Source: an uncultured Collinsella sp.
GTDB lineage: Bacteria; Actinomycetota; Coriobacteriia; Coriobacteriales; Coriobacteriaceae
Reading direction: 5' to 3'
Length of the DNA: 64,000 nucleotides
Assembly (NCBI GenBank): GCA_947642445.1
Contig: CANRSF010000009.1
Location: 6,223 to 70,222 of the forward strand
Positions 1-9,131 of this stretch are shown one piece after another. Made by a program: the position numbers and the translations under genes. The notes below the pieces were generated by a model, which worked only from the letters and a program-made list of their open reading frames with translations, was not told the origin of the DNA and made no database searches. The stretch's first letter is position 1. The number at the start of each line of letters is the position of its first letter.

Positions 1-94
1 GAGGCGTGTTCCAGCTAGCCTTGGAACCCGCCTCGTTCTCCTGCTTATGCTTTTGCCCGATTTCAAAGCGCGCAGGTGTCATATGTGATTTCCT

Positions 95-817
95 TTATTT
101 CTCGTCCGACTTATCGGTCTTGGTCGGAGCCTCGAAGCGGTAGCCGACACCGTGAACGGTGTAGAGCCACTTGGGCTTCTTGGGGTCGTCGCCCAGCTTG
201 GCGCGAAGGTTCTTCACGTGGCTGTCGATGGTGCGCTCATAGCCCTCAAAGTCGTAGCCGAGAACCTTCTCAACCAGCTCCATACGGTTGTAGACACGAC
301 CGGGATGACGAGCAAGCGTGGTGAGCAGCTTAAACTCAGAAGCGGTCAGGTCCACTTCCTTGTTCTCGACCAAGATCTTGTGGCCCGAGATATCGATGAC
401 CAGATCGCCGAAGTCGAGTACCTCGACGGCGGGCTCGTCGGCTTGATGGGCACGGCGGAACAGAGCGCGAACGCGGGCGACGAGCTCGCGCGGCGAGAAC
501 GGCTTGATCAGATAGTCGTCGGCGCCGAGCTCAAGACCGATAATACGGTCCTCGATCTCACCCTTGGCGGTAAGCATGATAATGGGCACATCCGAGGTAT
601 CGCGGATAGTGCGGCAAACGCGCTCACCGGGGATCTTGGGGAGCATAAGGTCGAGCACAACCAGGTCGAACTGGTGCTTCTCGAACTCCTCGATCGCGGA
701 CTGGCCGTCGCCGACGCCCACAACCCAGTAGCCTTCGCGCTCGAGATAGGCAGCGACGGCGTCACGGATTGCCTTCTCATCCTCGACCAGCAGAATCTTT
801 TTTGCATCTGAAGCCAT
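95..817 (-). CDS. OmpR/PhoB-family two-component response regulator
   Basis: Receiver domain (LLVEDE, phospho-Asp in DLMLP, KPF) plus C-terminal winged helix (LTASEF..., RTIDSHVKNLRAKL, TVHGVGYRF); start taken at MASDAKK (817). Confidence 0.93.
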   Translation of the reverse strand: MASDAKKILLVEDEKAIRDAVAAYLEREGYWVVGVGDGQSAIEEFEKHQFDLVVLDLMLPKIPGERVCRTIRDTSDVPIIMLTAKGEIEDRIIGLELGADDYLIKPFSPRELVARVRALFRRAHQADEPAVEVLDFGDLVIDISGHKILVENKEVDLTASEFKLLTTLARHPGRVYNRMELVEKVLGYDFEGYERTIDSHVKNLRAKLGDDPKKPKWLYTVHGVGYRFEAPTKTDKSDEK

Positions 818-970
818 AACACGGCCCCCCTGTCTCAATTAGCTAAGAACAAGCCCATTTTAACGCACCTGAGCCCGCCGGATGCCGCTATGACGCGGCA
901 GCTCGGCGGGCGGTACTCACAATTACAACGCGTTTATTCCCCTGTTGGCGCCTTTTTAACCCCTCTAAGC

Positions 971-2182
971 TTAAAGAGAGAATAGGCGTGCCGTGACCGT
1001 CTCTGGTATACCCTGGCTGTTGCGCACCGTGGCGTACGTAAGGAATGAGTCCGATTTTCCCGCCGTAGCTGGATAATCGCCATACTCCAAAGCGCGGTCG
1101 GGCGACAGCAGCGAGCCATAGGTCTTGGCAGAGGTGTCGATCAGGAAATGCGATGCCTGCACCTTAACAAGGTATTTATTCTTCTTGCCAGCCGCACATG
1201 CGAGCGGCTCGCGTGACAGGAAGAGGTACGGCCCTCCCTCATTACCGATATACGTGCCCATGTTGCCCAAGCTGCCCACGCCACTATACGTCGCCTCAAT
1301 GGAGAACACGAAGGTGTCGCCCATATACACGGCCTCGAAAGGCGAAACCGACGAAGGAAGCACCAGCTGAGCTCGCTTCGTGTTGTTGCCGTCAGTCAGG
1401 TCGATCGCCGTCATACCGTAATAGACGCCCTCATCATTGTGCACGCGGGGCGAGATGGTCAGGATGCCGTCGCTCACACGCGGGGCGGATGCGAAGCGCC
1501 CCGTCGACTTCCAAATAGTCTCAGGCTTGGACTCGCTGGGCGACTGACGGTAGCAGTACGAATCGTTACTCGTCTTGCTGCCGCCGGACGAGGGCATCTT
1601 ATACCAGATGACCGACGACCCATACGCTGTGAAGAGCGGCGGATCATAGTCCTTGCCACCCCGATCGAGCTCAACCACGTCGCCAGAGAGCGAAGCGCCC
1701 GACAGATTTTGAGCGTAGAGCTTCCACGATGAATTGGCAAAGTTCATCTCAACCCACGCAAACACGCCATCGCCGGCACGGACATCGTAAAATGCATATC
1801 CCGTGCCCTCGATAGGATCCTCGATTAATGTGGTAAGCGAGCCGTCGCCCAAGTTGAGCACGCCAAGCGTGTTGGCATGTAACGCAGACGCCGGGGCCAT
1901 CATCGCCGCGGCGTAATCGCCGTCGCAGTAGTACAGCAGCGTACCCAAGGGCAATGTCCATGTCGCCATGGGCTCAAGATCGATATCGACGGCCTCATAC
2001 TCATCCGTGATCGAGACAATCTTTGAGTCGTCTTTGATAACCTGCGGCTCGCCGGCGGCGTCGTCGCTGGTACCCGTTTTCTTTGAGCATCCGGCAAGCA
2101 CCGTGGCAGCGCCCGCGGCAGCCCCTCCGAGCACAAAGCCGCGGCGCGATATTCCGTTCTTGATCTGGTCGGCGATACTCAT
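971..2182 (-). CDS. Tat-exported lipoprotein of unknown function (beta-rich, possibly propeller)
   Basis: SRRGFVLG twin-arginine motif followed by lipobox LAGC; ATG at 2182 overlaps the upstream stop (TAATG). Confidence 0.8.
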   Translation of the reverse strand: MSIADQIKNGISRRGFVLGGAAAGAATVLAGCSKKTGTSDDAAGEPQVIKDDSKIVSITDEYEAVDIDLEPMATWTLPLGTLLYYCDGDYAAAMMAPASALHANTLGVLNLGDGSLTTLIEDPIEGTGYAFYDVRAGDGVFAWVEMNFANSSWKLYAQNLSGASLSGDVVELDRGGKDYDPPLFTAYGSSVIWYKMPSSGGSKTSNDSYCYRQSPSESKPETIWKSTGRFASAPRVSDGILTISPRVHNDEGVYYGMTAIDLTDGNNTKRAQLVLPSSVSPFEAVYMGDTFVFSIEATYSGVGSLGNMGTYIGNEGGPYLFLSREPLACAAGKKNKYLVKVQASHFLIDTSAKTYGSLLSPDRALEYGDYPATAGKSDSFLTYATVRNSQGIPETVTARLFSL

Positions 2183-2445
2183 TAGGCGATCTCGGCGCGA
2201 GCGGCCTCGATAGCGCGCGTGAGCTGATCGGCGCAAGAAGTCTTCTTCATACCGCAGGTGTTACCAGCGAGAACCTCGATGACGCGATCGGCAGGAGCGC
2301 CCTCGACCAGCTTAGAGATAGCCTTGAGATTGCCGTTGCAGCCACCGGTAAACTCGACGCCCACCACCTTGTTGCCGTCATCAGAAAGATCAAGGTGGAT
2401 ATTGCGAGCGCATACGCCCTGAGGCTTGTAATCAAAACTAATCAT
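2182..2445 (-). CDS. Stand-alone TSCPD-domain protein (TIGR03905-like)
   Basis: 87 aa with GVC...F.GGC.GNLKAISKLVEG...G..CG.K.TSC.DQL pattern. Confidence 0.85.
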   Translation of the reverse strand: MISFDYKPQGVCARNIHLDLSDDGNKVVGVEFTGGCNGNLKAISKLVEGAPADRVIEVLAGNTCGMKKTSCADQLTRAIEAARAEIA

Positions 2446-2558
2446 TGCGTTCCCCTCTCGTAAAGCAATTTCAGACGTCTATTATCCCCGTCCGAACCGA
2501 TAAAGTATCGCGGGCACCGATTCAACATTCCCCAGTGCGCAAACCGGCGGCAGCAATA

Positions 2559-4358
2559 CTAGCAATCTGCTTCCCGAGCGTGGACTTTTCGTTTCTCTTG
2601 ATACATGTTGTGGTCAGCGATGTGGTAAATCTCGGTCAGTGTATAATCAGGTGCCTCTGCCGTCGCGACGCCAAACGACGCACTGACTGTCAGCACCTCA
2701 TCGCTCGCAGCAGCAAGGCTGAGGCGAAGATCTTGCACTACTTCACATGCGGATTCGCGATCGGTGTGAGGGCAAATCAGCAAGAACTCGTCGCCACCAA
2801 TGCGCATAGGCACAAATTTCTCGCCTGCCGCCCGCCTCAATACAGACGCCGTACGCCGTAGCAGCTCATCGCCCATTTCGTGACCGTAGAGATCGTTGGT
2901 ACGCTTGAGGAAATTGCAGTCCATCATGATCACACTCACGGGCAGGGACTCGTTCACCAGGTCGTCGCCAAGGGACTCAAGGTAATTTCTATTGCGAAGT
3001 CCCGTCAGCTTGTCCTGGAAAGAAAGCTCCTCGGCGCGCTTTGTCATCGAGATGTTATGCGTTGCCACGACGACCGATTCCAGTCGACCCCGCTCATCGC
3101 GGCGCTGTGGAACAACCTGCAGCGAATACCACGTACCTCGGCAGTCTCGTACCTCGGCATCCAAGTACGGCACGCCCTCCATACGATCCCGAAGCGTCTT
3201 TATATCTAAGAGCTCCATGACCGCCTCGCGACTTTCGGGACTCACAATGTCTCGGCAAACCGTTGCAAAAAAGTCATATGCCTCGGAGTGCTCGGCAAAT
3301 ATCTTCGCCACCGATGGCGACATGTTAATCCCCTCGATCTCAAGCGTGTCGAGATGCAACAGGAGGGTCGACTCATACGTGGTACTGATGGCATTGATGA
3401 TGCCGAGCTGCTTGTCCTTTTCGGCCAAATTGCGACGATCGGCGACGATACGCACCAACAGCACTACAACCAAAAACACCAGGAACGCCAGTACGCCGGC
3501 AGTGATAAATGAAATCCTGCCCGACATGACCTCAGATTTGGGATAGAGCGCAAACAGGCGATAGTCCTTATACGCCGCACGCACGGCATACCAGGTACTT
3601 CCCCGATATTCGACACGTGATAAGCCTTCGTCTTTCCAATCAATTCCGCTATCGGCAAGAAGCCGGGCGAGAGCTATATCGACGGTCGAATCGTTTGAAG
3701 AAACGATTTGTGCACCGCGCATCACGAACACCGTTGGGCTCTGATGGAATGTGTTGTTCACGAGCACGTCGGCGATCGTATACGAATAATCATCGGCGGG
3801 CTCGGGCGCAAGCGATCGATACCCCAGCGCTACGCCATCACCGTACGGAACAACACTCACGGCAAAGTCGACATCTCGACGCTCTACGACCGTCGAGTAG
3901 GACACCTTGGAGCCTCGATACATCGATGCGACCGACGAACAGGCAAGCTCCTCTCGCCACAGCATCAGCGGATCGCGACCGTCGATATCGTAATGAGCGG
4001 TCATATGGCTGTCGGCGTCCATGACCAACATTCCCGAAAGGTGCTCGGAATGGACGTACTCCTCGACACGATCATCGTTGACTTCTACGCGATCAGGCGG
4101 CAAGAACGTCGAAAACGACTCGAGCGCGGCATCCAAATTGTGCGTCGCCTCGGTTTTTCTTCCCTGTTCATATCGGTCATATTTTTCGCAGGCGTTTTTT
4201 AAAAACACCATGGTTTCCTGGCCAAACCCAAGCGTTTTATCGAGACAGCGATGCGTACCGACCACATACAGCAGACCCAACAAAACAGCGCTGGCCACAA
4301 CGCAGATAGCCGCGGTGACTAATGCCTTTCGGCGCAAGCGGCGCTCATCATTTGTCAT
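2559..4358 (-). CDS. Membrane sensor diguanylate cyclase
   Basis: Two TM segments around an extracytoplasmic domain; C-terminal D.LTGL.NR, D.N.LK..ND.YGH..GD and intact GGDEF. Confidence 0.9.
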   Translation of the reverse strand: MTNDERRLRRKALVTAAICVVASAVLLGLLYVVGTHRCLDKTLGFGQETMVFLKNACEKYDRYEQGRKTEATHNLDAALESFSTFLPPDRVEVNDDRVEEYVHSEHLSGMLVMDADSHMTAHYDIDGRDPLMLWREELACSSVASMYRGSKVSYSTVVERRDVDFAVSVVPYGDGVALGYRSLAPEPADDYSYTIADVLVNNTFHQSPTVFVMRGAQIVSSNDSTVDIALARLLADSGIDWKDEGLSRVEYRGSTWYAVRAAYKDYRLFALYPKSEVMSGRISFITAGVLAFLVFLVVVLLVRIVADRRNLAEKDKQLGIINAISTTYESTLLLHLDTLEIEGINMSPSVAKIFAEHSEAYDFFATVCRDIVSPESREAVMELLDIKTLRDRMEGVPYLDAEVRDCRGTWYSLQVVPQRRDERGRLESVVVATHNISMTKRAEELSFQDKLTGLRNRNYLESLGDDLVNESLPVSVIMMDCNFLKRTNDLYGHEMGDELLRRTASVLRRAAGEKFVPMRIGGDEFLLICPHTDRESACEVVQDLRLSLAAASDEVLTVSASFGVATAEAPDYTLTEIYHIADHNMYQEKRKVHAREADC

Positions 4359-5227
4359 GATTCCGCTCCTTGCCCGTCCGTCGTCGCCCTTGCCTTGTAC
4401 TTGCCCACAATGCGCTCAATCGTGCCATCTCGATCCATCTCGAACAGCACGGTATTGAGGTTTTTGACGTACTCCCCCTCATAGCCGTCCTTAAACGCGA
4501 CGCCAAGGTCAACCGTCATAACGTTGTCGGCGAGCACACGATACAGGCCGGGATACTGGGCGACAAGACAATCAAGCGACTGAACGTCCGCCATCCAACA
4601 GTCAACATACCCCTTGACGAGGGCGGCTTTGCAGAGTTCGGCGGAGCCATATGATTTGACATGCACGTCCGACGAGAATTCCAGATCGCCTGCAAGCAAT
4701 CGGCGTTCACTCACCGAACCGGCAATCACCGCAACAGTCTTGCTGCCATCGAGATACGCCAAGGACTTGATACCACTCGTTTTCTTGGTGGCAACCGAAA
4801 CCGTCAAGGTTAGATACGGCTCGGTCCAGTAATACTCGTCTTCGCGATAACAGGGTGAATAGTCGCACCACAGGCAATCGATATCGCCGTTTTTGAGCAG
4901 GCGATCGCGATCATTCCAAGATATGTCAACAAATTGCGGTTTGATTCCAGCACGCTTGCAGGCCTCGCGGGCGATATCGATATCGATACCGGCGTAATCG
5001 CCCGTGGTATCGATATACACATAGGGATCGTTATCCGTAACGCCGATTTTAAGTACCGGGAGATCTTTATCGGCTTCGCTCGATGAGGTAGAGCTGCTTC
5101 GAACGGTATACGTCAGGGCGACCGCACAAACGGCAACAAGGAGTATGAGCACGGACGAGACGATGGCGCCTCGTTTGATACGTCTGGGCACACGGCTCTT
5201 TTCATCGAAACAGCAGATAAGGTTCAT
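4355..5227 (-). CDS. Membrane-anchored polar amino-acid-type substrate-binding protein (family 3); start uncertain (5227 or GTG 5191)
   Basis: N-terminal hydrophobic anchor; G.DIDIA...G....F...W....L..G.ID pattern; ATGA overlap with the cyclase gene. Confidence 0.85.
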   Translation of the reverse strand: MNLICCFDEKSRVPRRIKRGAIVSSVLILLVAVCAVALTYTVRSSSTSSSEADKDLPVLKIGVTDNDPYVYIDTTGDYAGIDIDIAREACKRAGIKPQFVDISWNDRDRLLKNGDIDCLWCDYSPCYREDEYYWTEPYLTLTVSVATKKTSGIKSLAYLDGSKTVAVIAGSVSERRLLAGDLEFSSDVHVKSYGSAELCKAALVKGYVDCWMADVQSLDCLVAQYPGLYRVLADNVMTVDLGVAFKDGYEGEYVKNLNTVLFEMDRDGTIERIVGKYKARATTDGQGAES

Positions 5228-5256
5228 TTTATTACCAGGGGGCCAGTGCAACAGCG

Positions 5257-5289
5257 AAAAAAGCGCCTTGCCCAAGACGGGCAAGGCGC
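5257..5289 (-). terminator. Intrinsic terminator
   Basis: Perfect 11-bp stem GCGCCTTGCCC/GGGCAAGGCGC followed by T6 on the minus strand. Confidence 0.75.
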
Positions 5290-5381
5290 CAATGGTTGAA
5301 ATGCATCCGCAGGCGGTCGAATTAGGTCAACCCTACTCGAAGCTCAGCTGCTCCAGACACACGGGATAAAGCCTGTAACGG

Positions 5382-5420
5382 AAAAGCCCCGTTGGTAAGA
5401 CGAGTTACCAACGGGGCTTG
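5382..5420 (-). terminator. Terminator hairpin, copy 2 of a 39-bp direct repeat (copy 1 at 9022-9060)
   Basis: AAGCCCCGTTGGTAA-gacgag-TTACCAACGGGGCTT, 15-bp stem; 36/39 identical to 9022-9060. Confidence 0.8.
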
Positions 5421-5454
5421 GACTGAAAGGTCGCGCTTAAACGAGAGGGGCGCC

Positions 5455-8400
5455 CTAACGCTCGAGACGTTTGCGCATAAGCGCGAAGGCAATCAGCGAA
5501 GCGCTGGCAACGACCATAATAAAGGCGACAGCAAGGGCCTGGTCGCCCGTGTTGGCGAGCGTACCCTTAGTAGTCTTAGCAGACTTTTTGGTTACCTTGG
5601 TCGTCGTCTGCTGACCGGGCTGGGACGGCGTCGCGGGCCGCGCGGGCTGAGTCGGCTCCCCCTTGGCCTCCTCGCCCGTCACCACGTACGTCGAGAAGTG
5701 GCTCGTGCGGAAGCAGAGGTAGTCGCCCTCGGTCCACGTATCCATAGCCTGAGTGGAACCATCCTCGGCAACGTAGAGCACCTTGAGATTGGTGAGCGCC
5801 TTCATGGCAGCAGTCATCTTGACACGGACGATGAAGGACATGCCTTCGTAGTCCTCGATAACCTCGCCGTCCTTGAGAAGCTTGATATCGAGCTTATCGG
5901 CAACCTTGGTACTCCCCTGCTCAAGGCCGGAAATTGTAGCATTGGCGGCGTCGGTAAGATTTTTCGGTTCCTCGACCACAAGAGAGATGCTGTTGTTCTG
6001 GGCAATGCCGGCAGCGGCATTGTTCTCGGCGCTTACGCTAACGTCCGTTCCGTTGCTACCCGCAACGCCCGCAATGGTCTTTGCCGCTACGGTAACGGCG
6101 CAGGTCGCGGTTTTGTCGCCACAGGCGGCGGTAATCGTGACGGTGCCGGCCTTAAGCGGCGTCACGACGCCGTCTTTAACCGTAGCGATCGACGAATCGC
6201 TGGAGGTCCAGCTCACGGTCGTATCGTCTGCATCTGCAGGAGTCACCGTTGAGGAGAGCTTTGCGGAGGCGTCGCCTACGGTAAAGGAAAGGTTCGTCTT
6301 GTTGAGCTCAACCTTCTGGGCGGGATTGGTCACGCTCACCGAAACGGTCTGGGAGAGCGACCCCGCGGTGATGGCGAATGAACCGGAACCAGTCTTGAGG
6401 GCAGTGACGGTGTAGGAGCCATCACCGTTGTCGACAACCTTAAATGCCTTCGAGGCACCCGTGTCATCCAGAGCGAGCTTGGTCTCGTCGACCTCACCTG
6501 CCAGGGCTCCGGCAAGAGAGGCTTTTACGGTACCTTCTTCACCCTTCGCAAGGTTGAGGGAGGACTGATCGACTGTAAGACTCGTTGCGGGATTAGAGAC
6601 GGTCACCGCGCAATCCTGAGAATAGGTGCCATCTTCGGTCGAAGCAGTGATGGTTGCGGTGCCCTTAGAAACAGACGTCACTTTGCCGGTTTGATCAACC
6701 GTAGCGACGCTCTCGTTACTGGACTTCCAGACAACCGTCTGGTCAGCCTCCGCGGGAACGACCGTTGCCTTAAGCTGCTCGGTTGCAGCGCCCACAAGCG
6801 TGACCTTCTGCTTATCGAGTGTGATACCCGTTGCAGGTTGAATAACCGTCACCTTGCACGTGGCGCTATACTCGCCGTCCTCAGTGGTAACGGTGATCGT
6901 GGCAGCACCGGCCTTGACCGGGGTCACGACGCCGTCCGCAACCGTGGCGACCTCCGGGTCGCTCGAAGACCAGGACACATTCTTATTCGTTGCATTGTTG
7001 GGCTCAACCGTTGCGGTCAACGTCGAGGGCTCACCGCCCACAGCAAGCTTAAGATTCGACGCGCTGAGGCTGACGCCCGAGACCTTTACGACCGGAGTGG
7101 TTACCGTAATTGTATCCGTGGTTGCAGAAACGCCATCGACCGTTGCCGTGATCGTGGCATCACCGTCACCGACAGCGGTAACAAGACCGTTAGCGTCGAC
7201 GGTAAGGACGCTCTCGTTGGAAGAGGACCAAACAACCTGGCTGGCCTTGTCATCAGGGGAGACCTTTGCCTTCAGCTGCTGAGTCGCACCTTTGTCCATA
7301 GAGGTGGTATAGCCATCCGCAATGGAAACCGTCGTTTTTGCAGTTTCTTCACCGGATCCCACAACGCGAACCACCAGCGTGTCGCAGAGTAGGCCCCCAT
7401 TATCTGGGTCACCGAGATAGACATCAACCGTTGCGGTGCCACGCCCAACCGCAGATACCACATAGCCCGCGCTGGCTTGATCCAGTGCGCCCTGGGTAAC
7501 CCGTGCAACATTCTCATCGCTTGACTTAAAGCAATAGTAGTCGAGATGGGGATAATCTTTTAGGAAGTTGATCGCATCAGCGCTCATCACGGTACCATGA
7601 TAATCTCGCTGCGCACAATCGAGGACACGAGAACCCTCATAGGATGGATTGTAATCGGTAGACAGTGTTATCTCTTTTGACTCAAGGAACTTAATTGAAG
7701 GCTTTTCGGCAGGGAGCGCGACCACCCTGATAGTACCGGTATGCTCCTGCCCGAACGGATCAGTAGCGACAATCGTCGCAACGCCCACCTTTTTGGCCCA
7801 AACGATCCCGTATTCGTCAATTGAAATTACGCCGTCGCCATCTTTGATTGTGTACTTGAACTCTCGCGAAGAATAGCTCTCTCGGCAAGCCTGTCCGACG
7901 GGATTCAGTTGAATACTAATCAGATCGGCTGCCCCAACCCAAGCATGGGAGCCGACAGCCATAGTGCCGCTCAAGTTTTCCTCTACATAAGCAGGATTCT
8001 GCTTATGCCACGAAGCGTCGCAAAGTTTTTTCGTCTGGAGATCACCCTGGAAATAGTTCAGTCTTACCTCTACTTCATTTCCATCTTCTCCACAAGGTGC
8101 TATGCGGATCGGTGCCTTCTTTTGGTAGCCGTCCTTGTCATAAGACACAGCTCCATTCAAGCTCACCGAAGTAATGAATTTTGAGCCTGACCAGTCATTT
8201 CTAGTGCTATCAATATCAAATACCGTCGGCTCCTCGCTAGGGCGCTCAAAGGCAAACAAGATATAGCCCGAAGCATCACCGCAGTGCGCCTCGCCACAAA
8301 CCGAGCAGTTATCCGTGTAATAGATTGCTGCACTCGAAGACGATGTTTCGTTAGAACCACTTATGTATTTAACAGCCGTCACCGGATTGAGTTTTTCGGC

Positions 8401-8835
8401 CAAGCTAATCTCAAGATACCCTTCGGTGCTGTAGTCACCGTAATTAAACGTGACGGTAATCCTCAGCTTTCCATCGCCAACGGTCTTAGGATTCAATACA
8501 TAAGACCACTGACCAGAATCACTATAAGACAGAGAGATATTGTCTCGGTCATCATCGGAAACCGTGACCTTATAGTTCTTCTTATCTTGAGCAGCAGAAC
8601 CCAGCTGTTCCCAAGGGATATTTCCTTGCAGCCAGAAGTCCAAACTTCCCGACAGTCTCTGCCCAACGGCTACTGAGCCGTTTTCGAAAAGACTGTGCTG
8701 ATTGCTATAGACGTAAACGTTCCCACTCTGCACCTCAGACGCCACAGCCGTCGAAGGCGACGCCATATCTGCAATTGACGCAGCAGCTAAAGCCAAGCAG
8801 AACGCAGCGGCTATCCTCCAAAATCCTTTTCTCAT
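5455..8835 (-). CDS. Sortase-anchored surface protein with tandem bacterial Ig-like (Big_2-type) repeats
   Basis: Signal peptide MRKGFW..., about five repeats with V.W.SS...VATV..G.VT....G.ATIT, C-terminal LANTG + hydrophobic stretch + RKRLER. Confidence 0.9.
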   Translation of the reverse strand: MRKGFWRIAAAFCLALAAASIADMASPSTAVASEVQSGNVYVYSNQHSLFENGSVAVGQRLSGSLDFWLQGNIPWEQLGSAAQDKKNYKVTVSDDDRDNISLSYSDSGQWSYVLNPKTVGDGKLRITVTFNYGDYSTEGYLEISLAEKLNPVTAVKYISGSNETSSSSAAIYYTDNCSVCGEAHCGDASGYILFAFERPSEEPTVFDIDSTRNDWSGSKFITSVSLNGAVSYDKDGYQKKAPIRIAPCGEDGNEVEVRLNYFQGDLQTKKLCDASWHKQNPAYVEENLSGTMAVGSHAWVGAADLISIQLNPVGQACRESYSSREFKYTIKDGDGVISIDEYGIVWAKKVGVATIVATDPFGQEHTGTIRVVALPAEKPSIKFLESKEITLSTDYNPSYEGSRVLDCAQRDYHGTVMSADAINFLKDYPHLDYYCFKSSDENVARVTQGALDQASAGYVVSAVGRGTATVDVYLGDPDNGGLLCDTLVVRVVGSGEETAKTTVSIADGYTTSMDKGATQQLKAKVSPDDKASQVVWSSSNESVLTVDANGLVTAVGDGDATITATVDGVSATTDTITVTTPVVKVSGVSLSASNLKLAVGGEPSTLTATVEPNNATNKNVSWSSSDPEVATVADGVVTPVKAGAATITVTTEDGEYSATCKVTVIQPATGITLDKQKVTLVGAATEQLKATVVPAEADQTVVWKSSNESVATVDQTGKVTSVSKGTATITASTEDGTYSQDCAVTVSNPATSLTVDQSSLNLAKGEEGTVKASLAGALAGEVDETKLALDDTGASKAFKVVDNGDGSYTVTALKTGSGSFAITAGSLSQTVSVSVTNPAQKVELNKTNLSFTVGDASAKLSSTVTPADADDTTVSWTSSDSSIATVKDGVVTPLKAGTVTITAACGDKTATCAVTVAAKTIAGVAGSNGTDVSVSAENNAAAGIAQNNSISLVVEEPKNLTDAANATISGLEQGSTKVADKLDIKLLKDGEVIEDYEGMSFIVRVKMTAAMKALTNLKVLYVAEDGSTQAMDTWTEGDYLCFRTSHFSTYVVTGEEAKGEPTQPARPATPSQPGQQTTTKVTKKSAKTTKGTLANTGDQALAVAFIMVVASASLIAFALMRKRLER

Positions 8836-8896
8836 TCCCCTAAGTCCAATCTCTCGTGAAAAATGCAGCATTCTCCCACACATTAAAATTGGCTTA

Positions 8897-8926
8897 AGGA
8901 TACCCCCCCCCAACCGACACTGACAA
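8897..8926 (-). promoter_or_regulatory. Putative sigma-70 promoter with G9 tract in the spacer
   Basis: Minus strand TTGTCA-gtgtcggtt-GGGGGGGGG-TATCCT, 18-bp spacer, 62 bp upstream of the surface-protein ATG. Confidence 0.55.
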
Positions 8927-9021
8927 GCTAATGTTTGTCGGAAGAGTCAAATTATCGGCAAGCGACATCACCGCATTAAAAATCGCCCGTTTTAATGTAG
9001 CTTTTCCAAGCACTCTCACGC

Positions 9022-9060
9022 AAAAGCCCCGTCGGCAAAACGAGTTACCAACGGGGCTTG
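9022..9060 (-). terminator. purB terminator, copy 1 of the 39-bp direct repeat
   Basis: AAGCCCCGTCGGCAA-aacgag-TTACCAACGGGGCTT hairpin about 70 bp past the purB stop. Confidence 0.8.
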
Positions 9061-9131
9061 AGCCGGAAATTCACACTTCAATTGGGGCCAAAAGCAAACT
9101 GATCGGTTTGACTACGCCCCAAATCGATCAG

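Noticed and set aside
5290-5381. ykkC/guanidine/PRPP riboswitch, 6S RNA or SRP RNA
   Set aside because: ACACACGGGATAAAGCC is on the strand with no downstream gene and lacks the 5' core; the segment is too short for 6S and lacks the SRP helix 8 motif.
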